DNA of 59,475 nt, counting the filler, from an uncultured bacterium (GTDB lineage Bacteria; UBP4; UBA4092), in NCBI GenBank assembly GCA_964644695.1. It is 3 parts of 3 records of this genome, joined end to end, with 100 filler letters (N's around TTAATTAATTAA, not from the genome) between each part and the next. Parts side by side here need not be neighbours in the genome. Positions count along the whole stretch, not along the records: positions 1 to 21,537 come from CAZXWN010000021.1; 2 more parts are not named here. One strand, written 5' to 3'. Numbering within the stretch: position 1 is the first letter of the stretch; every line of letters starts with the position of its first letter. The position numbers and the translations under genes were made by a program. Below are positions 9,452 through 20,000 of the stretch, piece by piece. Below the pieces are notes generated by a model that made no database searches, had not been told where the DNA came from, and saw only the letters and a program-made list of their open reading frames with translations.

Positions 9452-11533
9452 TTAATAGTGGGTCAGGATAAAATCGGTGATTTTGTCCTCAGAAAGGGGC
9501 TTGCTGAAATAATAACCCTGAATCATGTCACAATGCAACAAGGAAAGTAAATTATATTGGTCTTCATTTTCCACCCCTTCAGCAATAGTCTTCATGTCAA
9601 GGGTGTGTGCCAATGTAATTAAAGCATTAATTATCGAAGCCGTATTTTTATCTTCCACCATATCTTTAATAAAGGACTGGTCAATTTTTAAGTAATCAAT
9701 GGGCATTTTCTTTAGACGCCCGAAACTAGAATATCCTGTTCCAAAATCATCAATTGAGAGATGAAAGCCCGTGTCAGATAATTGCTGCAGGGATGAATTG
9801 GTCTCCCACGTTTCTTCCATGAAAATACTTTCAGTAATTTCCAAGTTTAACTCATGAGGAGCAACACCTGTCTTATTTAATATGGATTTTATTGTTTCAA
9901 TCAATTTTTTAGTCCGAAATTGAAAGGGAGACAGGTTAACTGAAATGGGAAGTATGGGGATCTGATCATGTTTCCATTGTGCAATTTGTTGGCAGGCTTT
10001 CTCGAGTGCCCATTGGCCTGCTTCTACAATGAGCCCTGTTTCCTCCAAAACAGGGATAAAGCGACCTGGAGATACCATTCCTCCCGCTCGTCTGTTCCAG
10101 CGCATGAGTGCTTCCATCCCTACAATTTTTTTTGTGGTAGTACTGAAGTATGGCTGATAATGCAGCAAAAACTCATTGTTTCGCGAAGCTTCGCTTAATT
10201 CCCGTTGGAGAGTAACTGTTTCCATAGCCCTCATATTCATATCAGGTGCGAAATATTTATAGATATTTCGCCCTGATTTTTTGGCTTCACCCAGGGCTGA
10301 ATCAGCACAATTCATGAGAATATCTGCTTGAAGTCCATCTTTAGGGAATATGGATATTCCGATACTGACGGTTTCCACCATCTCACTGCCAGAGATGACT
10401 ATGGGTTGTTCCATTACTTTAAAAATAGAATCGATTACCGGATAAACATCATTTTCAGAATTGAGTCCCATCAGAATAACAGCAAATTCATCAGAACCCA
10501 TATGTGCAGCTAGATTTAGATCGCCAATCACAGAGGTGATTCTTTTAGCTGTTTCTTTGAGAACCTGATCTCCGGTAGCCGGTCCATAGGTATCATTTAT
10601 ATATTTAAAACGGTCAAGATCAATGCTAAGCACAGCAATCATCTTGCCTGTTTCACGCGCTGTCAAAGTAAGCCGCTTTAATTCATCATTAAACATGTTC
10701 CGGTTAGGAAGTCCAGTCAATGCACTGTATAAGACTAAGTGATTAATCCTCTTTTCTAGTTCTGTTTCTTGAGTGATATCCTTTCCGGTAGCTATAAATT
10801 GAGAGATACTACCTTCCTCATCAGCCAAAGGAGTGATTGTAATATCCAGTGTAAACAGTTCCATATTTTTCCTGCGGTTGATGAAAATAGTACGGAAAGG
10901 AAGCCCATGATTAATTATTCCCCATAGCGTTACATAAAACTGGTGTTCATGTTGTCCTGACTTGAATATGTTAGTTTTTCGGCCAATCAATTCTTCTTTT
11001 GTATATCCGGATAATTGAACAACAGTTTTATTAACATACTCAATAATACCTTGGGAGTTTGTAATCAGGATCCAATCTCGTGACTGTTCAACTGCTGTGC
11101 CAAGCTTTCGGACTTCAATTTCACCTTCTTTTCTCATCCTTCGTGAAACAGCCTCTTCAATAGCTCGGTTGACTGCTGGGACCAGACGACTCAGATTATC
11201 TTTAAGGATATAATCAGTGGCCCCGCTTTTAAGCAGTTCAATTGCTCTTTCTTCACCTATTGAACCTGAGATAAAAATGAATGGAGTTTCCGGCCATTCA
11301 ATACGGGCGATTCGCAGGGCCTCCCAACCGTTATACATTGGGAGGTTGTAGTCGGATAGTATAATATCTGGCTCAATCCCATTTTGAAGCGCTGTCTCGT
11401 AATCTTCCCTATTGCTGGTAACCTGAAACTTACATTTTAATCCACCCTTTATTAACATCCGTTGAATGACTTCAACATCCAGTGGACTGTCTTCCAACAT
11501 AAGGACTTGAAGTATATCAGGTGATTTAATCAT
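9452..11533 (-). CDS. REC-PAS-GGDEF-EAL c-di-GMP signalling protein
   Basis: Receiver (ILSDYNLP), PAS, GGDEF-like with GSDEF, EAL domain (MEALMRW, DDFGTGYSS, IAEGVE). Confidence 0.92.
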   Translation of the reverse strand: MIKSPDILQVLMLEDSPLDVEVIQRMLIKGGLKCKFQVTSNREDYETALQNGIEPDIILSDYNLPMYNGWEALRIARIEWPETPFIFISGSIGEERAIELLKSGATDYILKDNLSRLVPAVNRAIEEAVSRRMRKEGEIEVRKLGTAVEQSRDWILITNSQGIIEYVNKTVVQLSGYTKEELIGRKTNIFKSGQHEHQFYVTLWGIINHGLPFRTIFINRRKNMELFTLDITITPLADEEGSISQFIATGKDITQETELEKRINHLVLYSALTGLPNRNMFNDELKRLTLTARETGKMIAVLSIDLDRFKYINDTYGPATGDQVLKETAKRITSVIGDLNLAAHMGSDEFAVILMGLNSENDVYPVIDSIFKVMEQPIVISGSEMVETVSIGISIFPKDGLQADILMNCADSALGEAKKSGRNIYKYFAPDMNMRAMETVTLQRELSEASRNNEFLLHYQPYFSTTTKKIVGMEALMRWNRRAGGMVSPGRFIPVLEETGLIVEAGQWALEKACQQIAQWKHDQIPILPISVNLSPFQFRTKKLIETIKSILNKTGVAPHELNLEITESIFMEETWETNSSLQQLSDTGFHLSIDDFGTGYSSFGRLKKMPIDYLKIDQSFIKDMVEDKNTASIINALITLAHTLDMKTIAEGVENEDQYNLLSLLHCDMIQGYYFSKPLSEDKITDFILTHY

Positions 11534-11554
11534 AAGTAATCCCTGAATGTGATT

Positions 11555-12010
11555 TTACAGGTTTGGTGTCTGATTGTGTCGAGTCCAATAAATCCCCAAT
11601 TCATTAACGACTTTTTGGAAGTCTGCAAAATCCAGTGGTTTTACAATATAGCTATTAACCCCCAGTCGGTAAGTCTCGACTAAATCTTTTTCCTGGTTAG
11701 AAGAAGTCAGTATGACAACAGGGATAAGTCGGGTTTTTGGAAAAGCCCGAATATGCCGCAACACTTCAATACCGGAGATTTTGGGGAGTTTTAAGTCTAA
11801 TAAAACAATTCTTGGATTTTGAGGATTGCGATCTGAATATGCACCTTCGCAACGAAGATAGTCCAGTGCTTCCTGACCATCTTGCACAAGGGTTATTTTT
11901 AAAAAAGGATTACATTTGTTGAGAGCTCTTAATTCCAATTCCTGATCAGTCTGATTATCTTCCACAAGGAGGATGTCGTCAGGTTGTGGCAAGGGTTGAT
12001 AGTCGTTCAT
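11555..12010 (-). CDS. Single-domain response regulator (Rcp1-like)
   Basis: ILLVEDN, VLLDLKLPKISG, LTSS, GVNSYIVKP. Confidence 0.93.
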   Translation of the reverse strand: MNDYQPLPQPDDILLVEDNQTDQELELRALNKCNPFLKITLVQDGQEALDYLRCEGAYSDRNPQNPRIVLLDLKLPKISGIEVLRHIRAFPKTRLIPVVILTSSNQEKDLVETYRLGVNSYIVKPLDFADFQKVVNELGIYWTRHNQTPNL

Positions 12011-14433
12011 TATTCTTTTTCCTCTTCAACTATAGGCAGGGTAAAAGTAATTGTGGCACCCTCATCAATCTTTCCTTCGGCATTAATTGTACCCCCATGT
12101 CGTTGGATGATTTTCGCGCAGATAGATAACCCAATACCTGTTCCCTCAAATTCTTTACTATCGTGAAGTCGTTGAAATACTCCAAAAAGCTTGTCCACAT
12201 ATTGCATATCAAATCCAGCACCATTGTCTTTAACCGCATAGATGTGGTATCCCTGTTCGGTCCATCCAGTTACTTCAACTTTGGCATTTGTCTTATATTG
12301 ACTGAATTTTATAGCATTTGACAAGAGGTTTGTTAGAACTTGTCTCAATAAATTTCGGTCTCCCCAACATTGCGGAACTGAGTTAATAATAAAAGTGCAG
12401 GGATGCGCTTTATATAGATCTCCCGATTCGATTTCATTACATACTTCATGAAACAGGGCCTCTATATCAATCAGTGATTTTTTTACTTCAACTCGGCCGG
12501 CTCTTGAGAAAGCCAGTAAGTCATCAATTAATTGGCCCAGTTTAACGCTACTACTTAAAATAACCCTCAGAACTCTCCTGCCTTCATCATCCAGTTTAGA
12601 ACTGTAATCTTCAATAAGTATTTGAGTGAATCCATTTATTGCTCTTAAAGGGGCCCTTAAATCGTGGCTGACTGAATATGAAAAGCTTTCTAATTCAGTA
12701 TTCAGCAGTTTCACTTTTTCCAGAGCGTTGCTTAGTTCTGAAGTTCGAGACTGAACTAATTCTTCAAGATTATCTTTATGTCGTTTTAGCTCATCGGTCA
12801 TCAATTTTATATCAGTTACATCAATTCCAATTCGACCCACCAGTGTAGGTTTTCCTTCTCTCGATATTGGGAATGTCAGGGTTCGATAAAAATATGTTTT
12901 TCCAAGATGGTTAATGTAAGGAGAAATTGTTTCAATAGTCTCTCCCGCCGCCGCGCGATCTTCAATATTCATGAGGTTTTGAGCAAGATCTTTTTTTAAA
13001 ATATCTTTCAGTGTTTTTCCTACCAGATCATTGTTTCCAAAGAAGGTTTTAGCATGGGAGTTATAGAAAATAATTTTATGGTTAGCTTCTTTGATGCTGA
13101 TAAAGCCAGGAAACTTTTCCATGAAAGTTTTAAAGCGGTCTTCACTTTCCAGCAGTGCCTCCTGTGCTTTTATCTGATCTGTAATATCCAATGCTACAAC
13201 CATAATGGTTTCGATATTTCCATCATCGTCAGGAACAGGCACTACCTGGAAATCAAGAATGACATTATTAATGGTTAAGTTAAAGCGACTTGGGGTTCCA
13301 TTAAGGGCCTCTTTAAAGCGAGGTTCCAAAACAGCTACTACATAAGGAGGGTCTGATTCATAGATTGTTCTTCCCACCATATTCTTTTTCTTTATATCTA
13401 TCTTCTCAAAGATAGTCCCATCCACTAAAAGGTATCGTAAATCCTTATCTACTAAAACAACGGCCCCATTGGGCAGATAGTTTCCCAAAATTCTATATCT
13501 AGCTTCACTGGTTCGTAAGTTGGATTCTATCTTTTTGCGAGCTTCAATATCTTTGTTTAAAAGCCAGATTCCATAGGCCATGCCAAAAGCCAGTGAAATA
13601 CAAATAAACCCCATGAACATGATTCCATAATCTGGAACAAATCCTTTACGGTAAGCTGTTAATTCAAGCCTGACACCAAGACCTGGTTGAGGAATCATAA
13701 TAGATTTATTAATATTGTCATCCAATGCTCTTAATTTGGGTGTTTGAACTAATATGGTGCCCCGACTGTCCCGTAATGTGACATAGTATCGGTCGCGGAT
13801 GTTGTCTGGAAGGATTTTGGATAATATGCGCTGCATATTGATAACGCCGCAGATATATCCAGATACTTTGATTTGATTATAAGTACCAGTATTAACGGGC
13901 ACCCAGATTGCCATAATAGGGGTACCTCTAATAGAATCGTGAATTTCGGAATAGACAACCTCTCCAGTTCTATTGATGTAGTCCATACGCCTTGCCATAT
14001 CTGGAGCGGCACGACCGTTAACCCCGATCCACGGGCGAAGTTCATCGGGAGGAACTACATCTTTAATCAGCCCGTTTTCCTCTACCCACATTATCCCGGC
14101 TGCTTCAGGATTATCTGTACAAAAGAGGGAAGCTGTTTTCTTGAACTGGGTTAGATCTAACTCACCCAAGGCACGTTGTTGGGCAATTGTTTCAAAATTG
14201 CCTGTCAGATTATTAATTTTCGTTTCAAGGTTGCTACGGGCCATGTGCAGATTATCTTCCAACCGGGCTTGTTCCTGTTTATTATGGTTATCATGAAGAT
14301 ATGTGACCAGAGCGAGAGATACGGTCATGAATAATATTGCTAATAAGCCTGGGCCCACCCAAGTCTTATATCCCAAAATATTGATACCGAAATTCGAAGT
14401 ATAGGCTGAGCTGGGTTTATTGTTCAGCGACAT
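12010..14433 (-). CDS. Membrane sensor histidine kinase (extracytoplasmic sensor, 2 PAS, HisKA, HATPase)
   Basis: Two TM helices; FSYSVSHDLRAPL H-box, NLLSNAIKF, DNGAGFD, GTGIGL. Confidence 0.93.
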   Translation of the reverse strand: MSLNNKPSSAYTSNFGINILGYKTWVGPGLLAILFMTVSLALVTYLHDNHNKQEQARLEDNLHMARSNLETKINNLTGNFETIAQQRALGELDLTQFKKTASLFCTDNPEAAGIMWVEENGLIKDVVPPDELRPWIGVNGRAAPDMARRMDYINRTGEVVYSEIHDSIRGTPIMAIWVPVNTGTYNQIKVSGYICGVINMQRILSKILPDNIRDRYYVTLRDSRGTILVQTPKLRALDDNINKSIMIPQPGLGVRLELTAYRKGFVPDYGIMFMGFICISLAFGMAYGIWLLNKDIEARKKIESNLRTSEARYRILGNYLPNGAVVLVDKDLRYLLVDGTIFEKIDIKKKNMVGRTIYESDPPYVVAVLEPRFKEALNGTPSRFNLTINNVILDFQVVPVPDDDGNIETIMVVALDITDQIKAQEALLESEDRFKTFMEKFPGFISIKEANHKIIFYNSHAKTFFGNNDLVGKTLKDILKKDLAQNLMNIEDRAAAGETIETISPYINHLGKTYFYRTLTFPISREGKPTLVGRIGIDVTDIKLMTDELKRHKDNLEELVQSRTSELSNALEKVKLLNTELESFSYSVSHDLRAPLRAINGFTQILIEDYSSKLDDEGRRVLRVILSSSVKLGQLIDDLLAFSRAGRVEVKKSLIDIEALFHEVCNEIESGDLYKAHPCTFIINSVPQCWGDRNLLRQVLTNLLSNAIKFSQYKTNAKVEVTGWTEQGYHIYAVKDNGAGFDMQYVDKLFGVFQRLHDSKEFEGTGIGLSICAKIIQRHGGTINAEGKIDEGATITFTLPIVEEEKE

Positions 14434-14524
14434 AAAGACTAGCCTCCCGAATTCTATTATCCCCGTAGAAGCGGTATCCTATTAAGCCTATCTTATATGT
14501 ATCAGGCTGTTTTGACAATATAGA

Positions 14525-14538
14525 TTGATTTTAATCAA
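14525..14538. promoter_or_regulatory. FNR/CRP-family-type operator TTGAT-N4-ATCAA
   Basis: TTGATTTTAATCAA inside the palindrome GATTGATT-TT-AATCAATC (14523-14540), between divergent genes. Confidence 0.55.
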
Positions 14539-14541
14539 TCC

Positions 14542-14570
14542 TTGACTCTATGAGGGCGTCATTCTAAAGT
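14542..14570 (+). promoter_or_regulatory. Putative sigma70 promoter
   Basis: TTGACT-N17-TAAAGT upstream of the 14626 gene. Confidence 0.45.
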
Positions 14571-14625
14571 ATTTCATTGTTTATTTAATAATCCTTATAA
14601 GAATTGGTATGGAAAGGAGTCTCTC

Positions 14626-16161
14626 TTGAGTACGGCTGTTATGAAACCCCAAGGCTTACGCCTGTCTTCGCTGGATATCCTGCGTGGATTTGCCCTTTTC
14701 GGTATGATTTTGTCCGGAATAGAACCCTCCGGGTTACCGTTGTGGATGTACCATGTTCAAGTTCCCCCTGGTAAAGGATTTGATCCAACAATTCCGGGTA
14801 TTGGTTGGGTGGATTTAGTGTTTCCTTTCTTTATGTTTTCTCTGGGTGCGGCAATTCCTTTTGCCTTAACTCGGCGTATGGAATCCAATGAATCAATATG
14901 GAAAATACTGGGGCATGTGTCCTGGCGCAGTATTTTAATGTGTTTCTTTGCTCTTTATCTGGGGCATTACAGTCCATGGTCATATGGAGTGGACCCGAAT
15001 TTGTATCCATGGATTCGCTGGCGGACATTAGCCGGATTTTTCTGCTTAGTTCTGTTATTAGGCAGGATTCCCTGGACTGATGGAAAGAAATGGCTGTCAG
15101 GATTAATTAAGGTGATTGGGTTTGCCGGAATTGCTACATTATTAGTGACCTATAAACGATTTGATGAAGCAACAGGGTTATGGACCTCTGCTTTCTCTGG
15201 AGATAATAATGACATTATTATCTTGATTCTGGCCCGGTCTTATATTTTGATTGCGTTGCTTTGGATGGTGACTCGGAAGCGGCTGGACCTGCGATTGTGC
15301 TTACTGGGGGTTTTTGTTGCCCTGAGATTGCATGGTGAGGCGGGTGGACCGTTTGCTGATATCGTTAATCAGTGGATTTCCAGTGGAAGCTGGCACGGCA
15401 GAATCATGGGTCTTTTCCCTGCCATGGCACAACACCCCATGTTAGCTAATTTCACACTTCCCCTTAAATGGTTCTTTGATCCAGGTATATTCCGAATTGC
15501 GACGATATGTCTGATGGGCTCGATTGTCGGCGATGTCATGTTTAAGTGGCTCAAGGAATATAAACAGAATCCCGGCTCTCTGGGTTTGGATAAGGCACGA
15601 TTGACCCTCCTTTTAGTATTACTCCCGATGTTAACCATAGGGGGATTGTACTTCTTCTATACCCGGCAAATAGTGACGGGCTTTATTGCGACAAGTCTGG
15701 CCTTCATTGCAATTCATGGGTTATTGACTGCAACCGATACTCCCATGGGTAAATTGGTAAAGCAACTGTGTTATTTTGGGACACTGTTCCTGTTGTTAGG
15801 TTATATTCTTGACCCTGTGGGGGGAGGCATTAAAAAAGACCCTGCGACATTGTCTTATTACTTTGCCCCCAGTGGAATGGCAACGACCCTTCTGGCCTTC
15901 CTCTTTATTCTGGTGGACGACCTGAAGTTTGGAAAAGTATTTTCCTTGTTCCGTGGGGCAGGCTGCAATGCCATGCTGGGTTATATTGCCGGTGGTCATT
16001 TCCTATTCCCAATCCTGCATCTGGTGGGACTGATTCCACTGGTAGACAAACTCTGGGGCAACAATGTTTCGGTCTATTTCCTGTTTACGGTAGCCTTGAC
16101 ATTGGGTGCGATGGCTGTAACGGCAGGGTTTACCCGATTAAAGCTCTATTTGCGGGTTTAA
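14626..16161 (+). CDS. DUF5009 / HGSNAT-like membrane acyltransferase
   Basis: RLSSLDILRGFA, WMYHVQVPP, GIGWVDLVFPFFMFSLGAAIP, GGIKKDPATLSYYF; TTG start after AAGGAG. Confidence 0.8.
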   Translation: MSTAVMKPQGLRLSSLDILRGFALFGMILSGIEPSGLPLWMYHVQVPPGKGFDPTIPGIGWVDLVFPFFMFSLGAAIPFALTRRMESNESIWKILGHVSWRSILMCFFALYLGHYSPWSYGVDPNLYPWIRWRTLAGFFCLVLLLGRIPWTDGKKWLSGLIKVIGFAGIATLLVTYKRFDEATGLWTSAFSGDNNDIIILILARSYILIALLWMVTRKRLDLRLCLLGVFVALRLHGEAGGPFADIVNQWISSGSWHGRIMGLFPAMAQHPMLANFTLPLKWFFDPGIFRIATICLMGSIVGDVMFKWLKEYKQNPGSLGLDKARLTLLLVLLPMLTIGGLYFFYTRQIVTGFIATSLAFIAIHGLLTATDTPMGKLVKQLCYFGTLFLLLGYILDPVGGGIKKDPATLSYYFAPSGMATTLLAFLFILVDDLKFGKVFSLFRGAGCNAMLGYIAGGHFLFPILHLVGLIPLVDKLWGNNVSVYFLFTVALTLGAMAVTAGFTRLKLYLRV

Positions 16162-16179
16162 CTGTTTTAGAAATCACTC

Positions 16180-16208
16180 AAGCCGGGGATTTATCCCCGG
16201 CTTTTTTT
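16180..16208 (+). terminator. Intrinsic terminator
   Basis: AAGCCGGGGAT/ATCCCCGGCTT followed by a T tract. Confidence 0.85.
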
Positions 16209-16303
16209 ATTTGATTGTATCTTTTAGAAATTCAGTTTATCTTTAAAGAAAGAAATATCAATAAAATGTTAATAAATTAAAGGAATGGAATGGATTTACA
16301 ACT

Positions 16304-16921
16304 ATGTTTACCATCATAACTCCCAACCGAGTTATTGGTCTTATAATCATTGTGATAATTGGGGTTGTTATTTATAACTCCATGACCCAGAAATTAGAGG
16401 AAGCCGGTCCCTTCCCAACGCCGATACAGAATGATATTGAGCCCCACCGACTGTTATCCCCGGAAGGCTATACTATTACAGGTTTAGCAGAATATTCACT
16501 GACTGCCATGGTGATGTCCAGATCCAATTATCATGTAGGTCGTGAAGCTGATTTATCTCAAATGGATTTGGTTCTGGCCTGGGGCCCTCTTACCCAGGAA
16601 CCCTGGCTCAGTAAAGTCAAATATTGGCAGGATAATCGGTGGTATTTCTACAAGTGGAAAGAGGATGAACTGGAAAATGCCATTGAGACGATCAAGAATA
16701 ACAGCGCCAATAACCATATCATCATTGAACCCGGAAACCCGGACATCGCAGATGTGATGTTATCTGTGCGTAAAGGTGATGTGGTGGATTTGAAAGGGTA
16801 TTTGGTCCGAGTTGAGGGTGCAGGCGGATGGCATTGGAAATCCTCCCTTCGGCGAACGGATACCGGAGACCATTCCTGTGAACTGTTTTATGTGACTTCG
16901 GGGTCTATAGTGGATAAGTAA
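16304..16921 (+). CDS. Membrane-anchored hypothetical protein
   Basis: N-terminal TM; DLVLAWG, SANNHII, LKGYLV, SSLRRTDTGDHSCE look like an uncharacterised conserved family. Confidence 0.7.
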   Translation: MFTIITPNRVIGLIIIVIIGVVIYNSMTQKLEEAGPFPTPIQNDIEPHRLLSPEGYTITGLAEYSLTAMVMSRSNYHVGREADLSQMDLVLAWGPLTQEPWLSKVKYWQDNRWYFYKWKEDELENAIETIKNNSANNHIIIEPGNPDIADVMLSVRKGDVVDLKGYLVRVEGAGGWHWKSSLRRTDTGDHSCELFYVTSGSIVDK

Positions 16922-16969
16922 GTGTGAATGATCCTCTGACATAAAAAGACTGACAATAAAAGTTAAATC

Positions 16970-17012
16970 AATAACAGACATTTCCTGAAGCCTTGGGGAT
17001 GTCTGTTATTTT
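16970..17012 (+). terminator. Intrinsic terminator
   Basis: AATAACAGACATTTCC/GGGGATGTCTGTTATT then TT. Confidence 0.65.
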
Positions 17013-17083
17013 CTTGACAGGTTAGGTATAACATTTATAGACTTTTGACAGATAAGATAATAAATCAGGAATCAGGACCTGCC

Positions 17084-20000
17084 ATGAAATATATCAATCG
17101 ATTATCAACCCTTATATTAGGGTTAACCTTACTCATTCATCCCTGGGGTGATAGAAGTCATGCCTATATGGCAACCGACTCTCCGTTAATTCCCAAGGTG
17201 ATATCCTCTGATAATCAATCACTTCGCTTTGTATATGAAGAACCCTCCGGGGCTAATATCCCCAACCAGCTGAAATGGTTTGTTGCAATCCCGCCCTCCG
17301 GACAACCCGAATTACTCATTGATTCTTATACCCTGGTTTATACGGATTCTAATGGTCAGGAAGTGACAGTGAAATCCGGTGAATCCAATGCGTTGCCGGT
17401 CAATCATGGGGAATTAAAGAATCTCCTGCAATTTCAACCTCTTGGTTTTGTAAGAGACTATCGGGTTGCCCGACTCTCTTTTTATCCCCGGAAACCTCTC
17501 AATTTACCCAATGTGGGGAGTGTGGCTGCCCGGTTTACACGGATTGAGTTTAAGATACCTGTTCCCCAACCGGCAGGATTATTCCTCCCCGCCGGTCCCC
17601 GAAAGACGGGAATTGGATTAGAACAGGTTTTGGAACGCGCATTAGTTAATTATGAATCGGCTAATAATTACCGTGCCCTGCCTGTTCTTCCCGAAGTTAA
17701 GACACCGGAGTCCATGCCGGGTTTGGCATTTCCCTCTTTTACGGAGGCTTCGATTCCCCGGTTAAAAGTGAATGTGACGGAGAGGGGACTGTACCGGGTT
17801 TCAGCTGACAGTTTGAAAGAGTCCAAGCTGACGGGTAAACCTCTTCAGGTATGGAGAAATGGGAAACCTGTGGCGAGTCAGTTGTTATCATCGGGAGATT
17901 TAGTCTTCACAGGAGAACCCTCTAATACGATTTATTCCAAGACCGGGGTGTATTGGGTTACTTTTGCGGATAAATCAAATACACGCACCATTACGGATTC
18001 AAAATCCCTCCCTCTTACAGGCAATTCTGCATCACGGAGTGTTATCCGGGAATCCGCCGTTCTGAATATAGAACGCAAATATGACCCTTATCTCCGGACC
18101 CCTCAAGGAAAATACTGGTTTATGGATATTCTGGAAGGGGGTAAAACCCTGGAAATCCCGGTCCCGGTATCTACTCCAGATACTCCAGAATTATTCAAAA
18201 ACCCTCCCCAAAACCCTGATATTACAATCACGATGATGGCCAAACCGGAAAGTCCGAAGAATGAACCGCAGGTGGTGATTTTGTTATTGGGAAATGACAC
18301 CATTGCGCGGGTGAATTGGACGGGCCGGAGTTTTTATACACTGGCGACGACCTTCCCCTTCGATAAATTATCTGCTCCCTCAACCACCTTTACCTTAAAA
18401 GTATTACCCATGACAGAAGGTAAGGTTGAGGTAGCGGTGGGTACGGTCACCCTGAATTATGACCGGAAACTGGATTTGAGTACCGGACCTATATTACTTC
18501 AACCGGAAAAAACAAAACTGGATAAGCCTGCTGTTATTCCTCTGAGTTTTACGGGAGTGAATCAGAATCAGGAAGTGGTCCTCTGGTCTGTTTCTCCGGA
18601 GGGAGACATTAGTCGAATCCCGTCCAAATGGAATGGGAATACTAATACCCTGGATGCCGTTATTGATAGTCAAAAGACGGTGTGGGTCAGCCGAACCGAT
18701 ATGATTCCGATGGCTGCCGCAGTTAAGGTCCAGACGGAAACGAATCTGCGGGATTCTAAAACAGTGTCAGACGCTATCTATATTACTCACCCTACCTTAT
18801 TGGATGGGACGAAACAGATGGCAGAATACCGCCAGTCTCAGGGTATTTCCAGTCGTGTGGTGTCGGTGGAAGATATCTATGACCAATTCAGTTATGGAGT
18901 GTTGGACCCGAGGGCTATCCGGAATTATCTGCGGTGGCTGGCCTATTATGGGGCCAAACCTTTCCCGGCTTATGTCGTCCTGGTGGGAGATGCTAACTGG
19001 GATTATACCGATAACCTGAAGACAGGAACACCGGTACTGGTCCCAACCTATCGCGCTCCCGAGCAGGTCCTGATTAATGAAGATCAGGGGTCGAATGAAG
19101 ATTTTTATATTGACTTGATTGGTGAAACGGACCGTGAACCCTGGCCCGATATGGTATGTGCCCGAATTTCGGTGGAATCCAATGAACAGATGTTGGATGT
19201 CCTGGCTAAGATGAAAGACCATGATTCCCGTTATGAACTGGGACCGTGGCGGATGCAGGCACTGCTGGCGACAGATGATGGATTTGAAAGTGATGGATTG
19301 GAAGCGGCAAACCGGTATCTTTCACTTTGGGTGGAACCGGTATTTCTCCGTCAAGCAGATTTCCCTTATCTGCCGCATCAGAAATTTGGGAAGGATTCCG
19401 GTCGAAGACAAGCACCGAAGGCCACCGAAAAACTGATGGAATTAATGGACAGTGGAATTCCTCTGATGATATACACGGGTCATGCCGGTGGGGGAGTGTG
19501 GTCCCATGAAAGATTATTCCTGGGTGGAGAACATCTGAAGGGGTCAGATATCAATCGGCTTACCAATATGCACCGGTTTAATTTCGTGTTTGCCATGAGC
19601 TGTCTGAATGGGTATTTCGATTTCCCGATGAAACCCTGGCAAAGTATTACCCCGGAAGAATTGTTACGGCGGCGGGACAGAGGTTCCGTGGCTTCCCTGG
19701 TACCGGGAGGGAAGGGTGGAACATCGCAACACTTGAATTTTGGACAGGGGTTTGCGGAGTCTTTCTATAAATATCGGGATTCCCGAATTGGAGAGGCGGT
19801 CTTTCAGAGCAAAATCAATTATCTATTGAATACCAGTGATTTTTCTCAGAGTGAACAATTCGTCTTGATTGGCGATCCTTTTGCTCATTTCCCATTACCG
19901 AAAGAAAATATAGAGATTCAAACGCAACCCAGAGTCCGGTTTAATACGGGGGCACAGCCTGTCAAAGTCACCTGTAAAGCGCCGTTCAATTCCGGGAATA

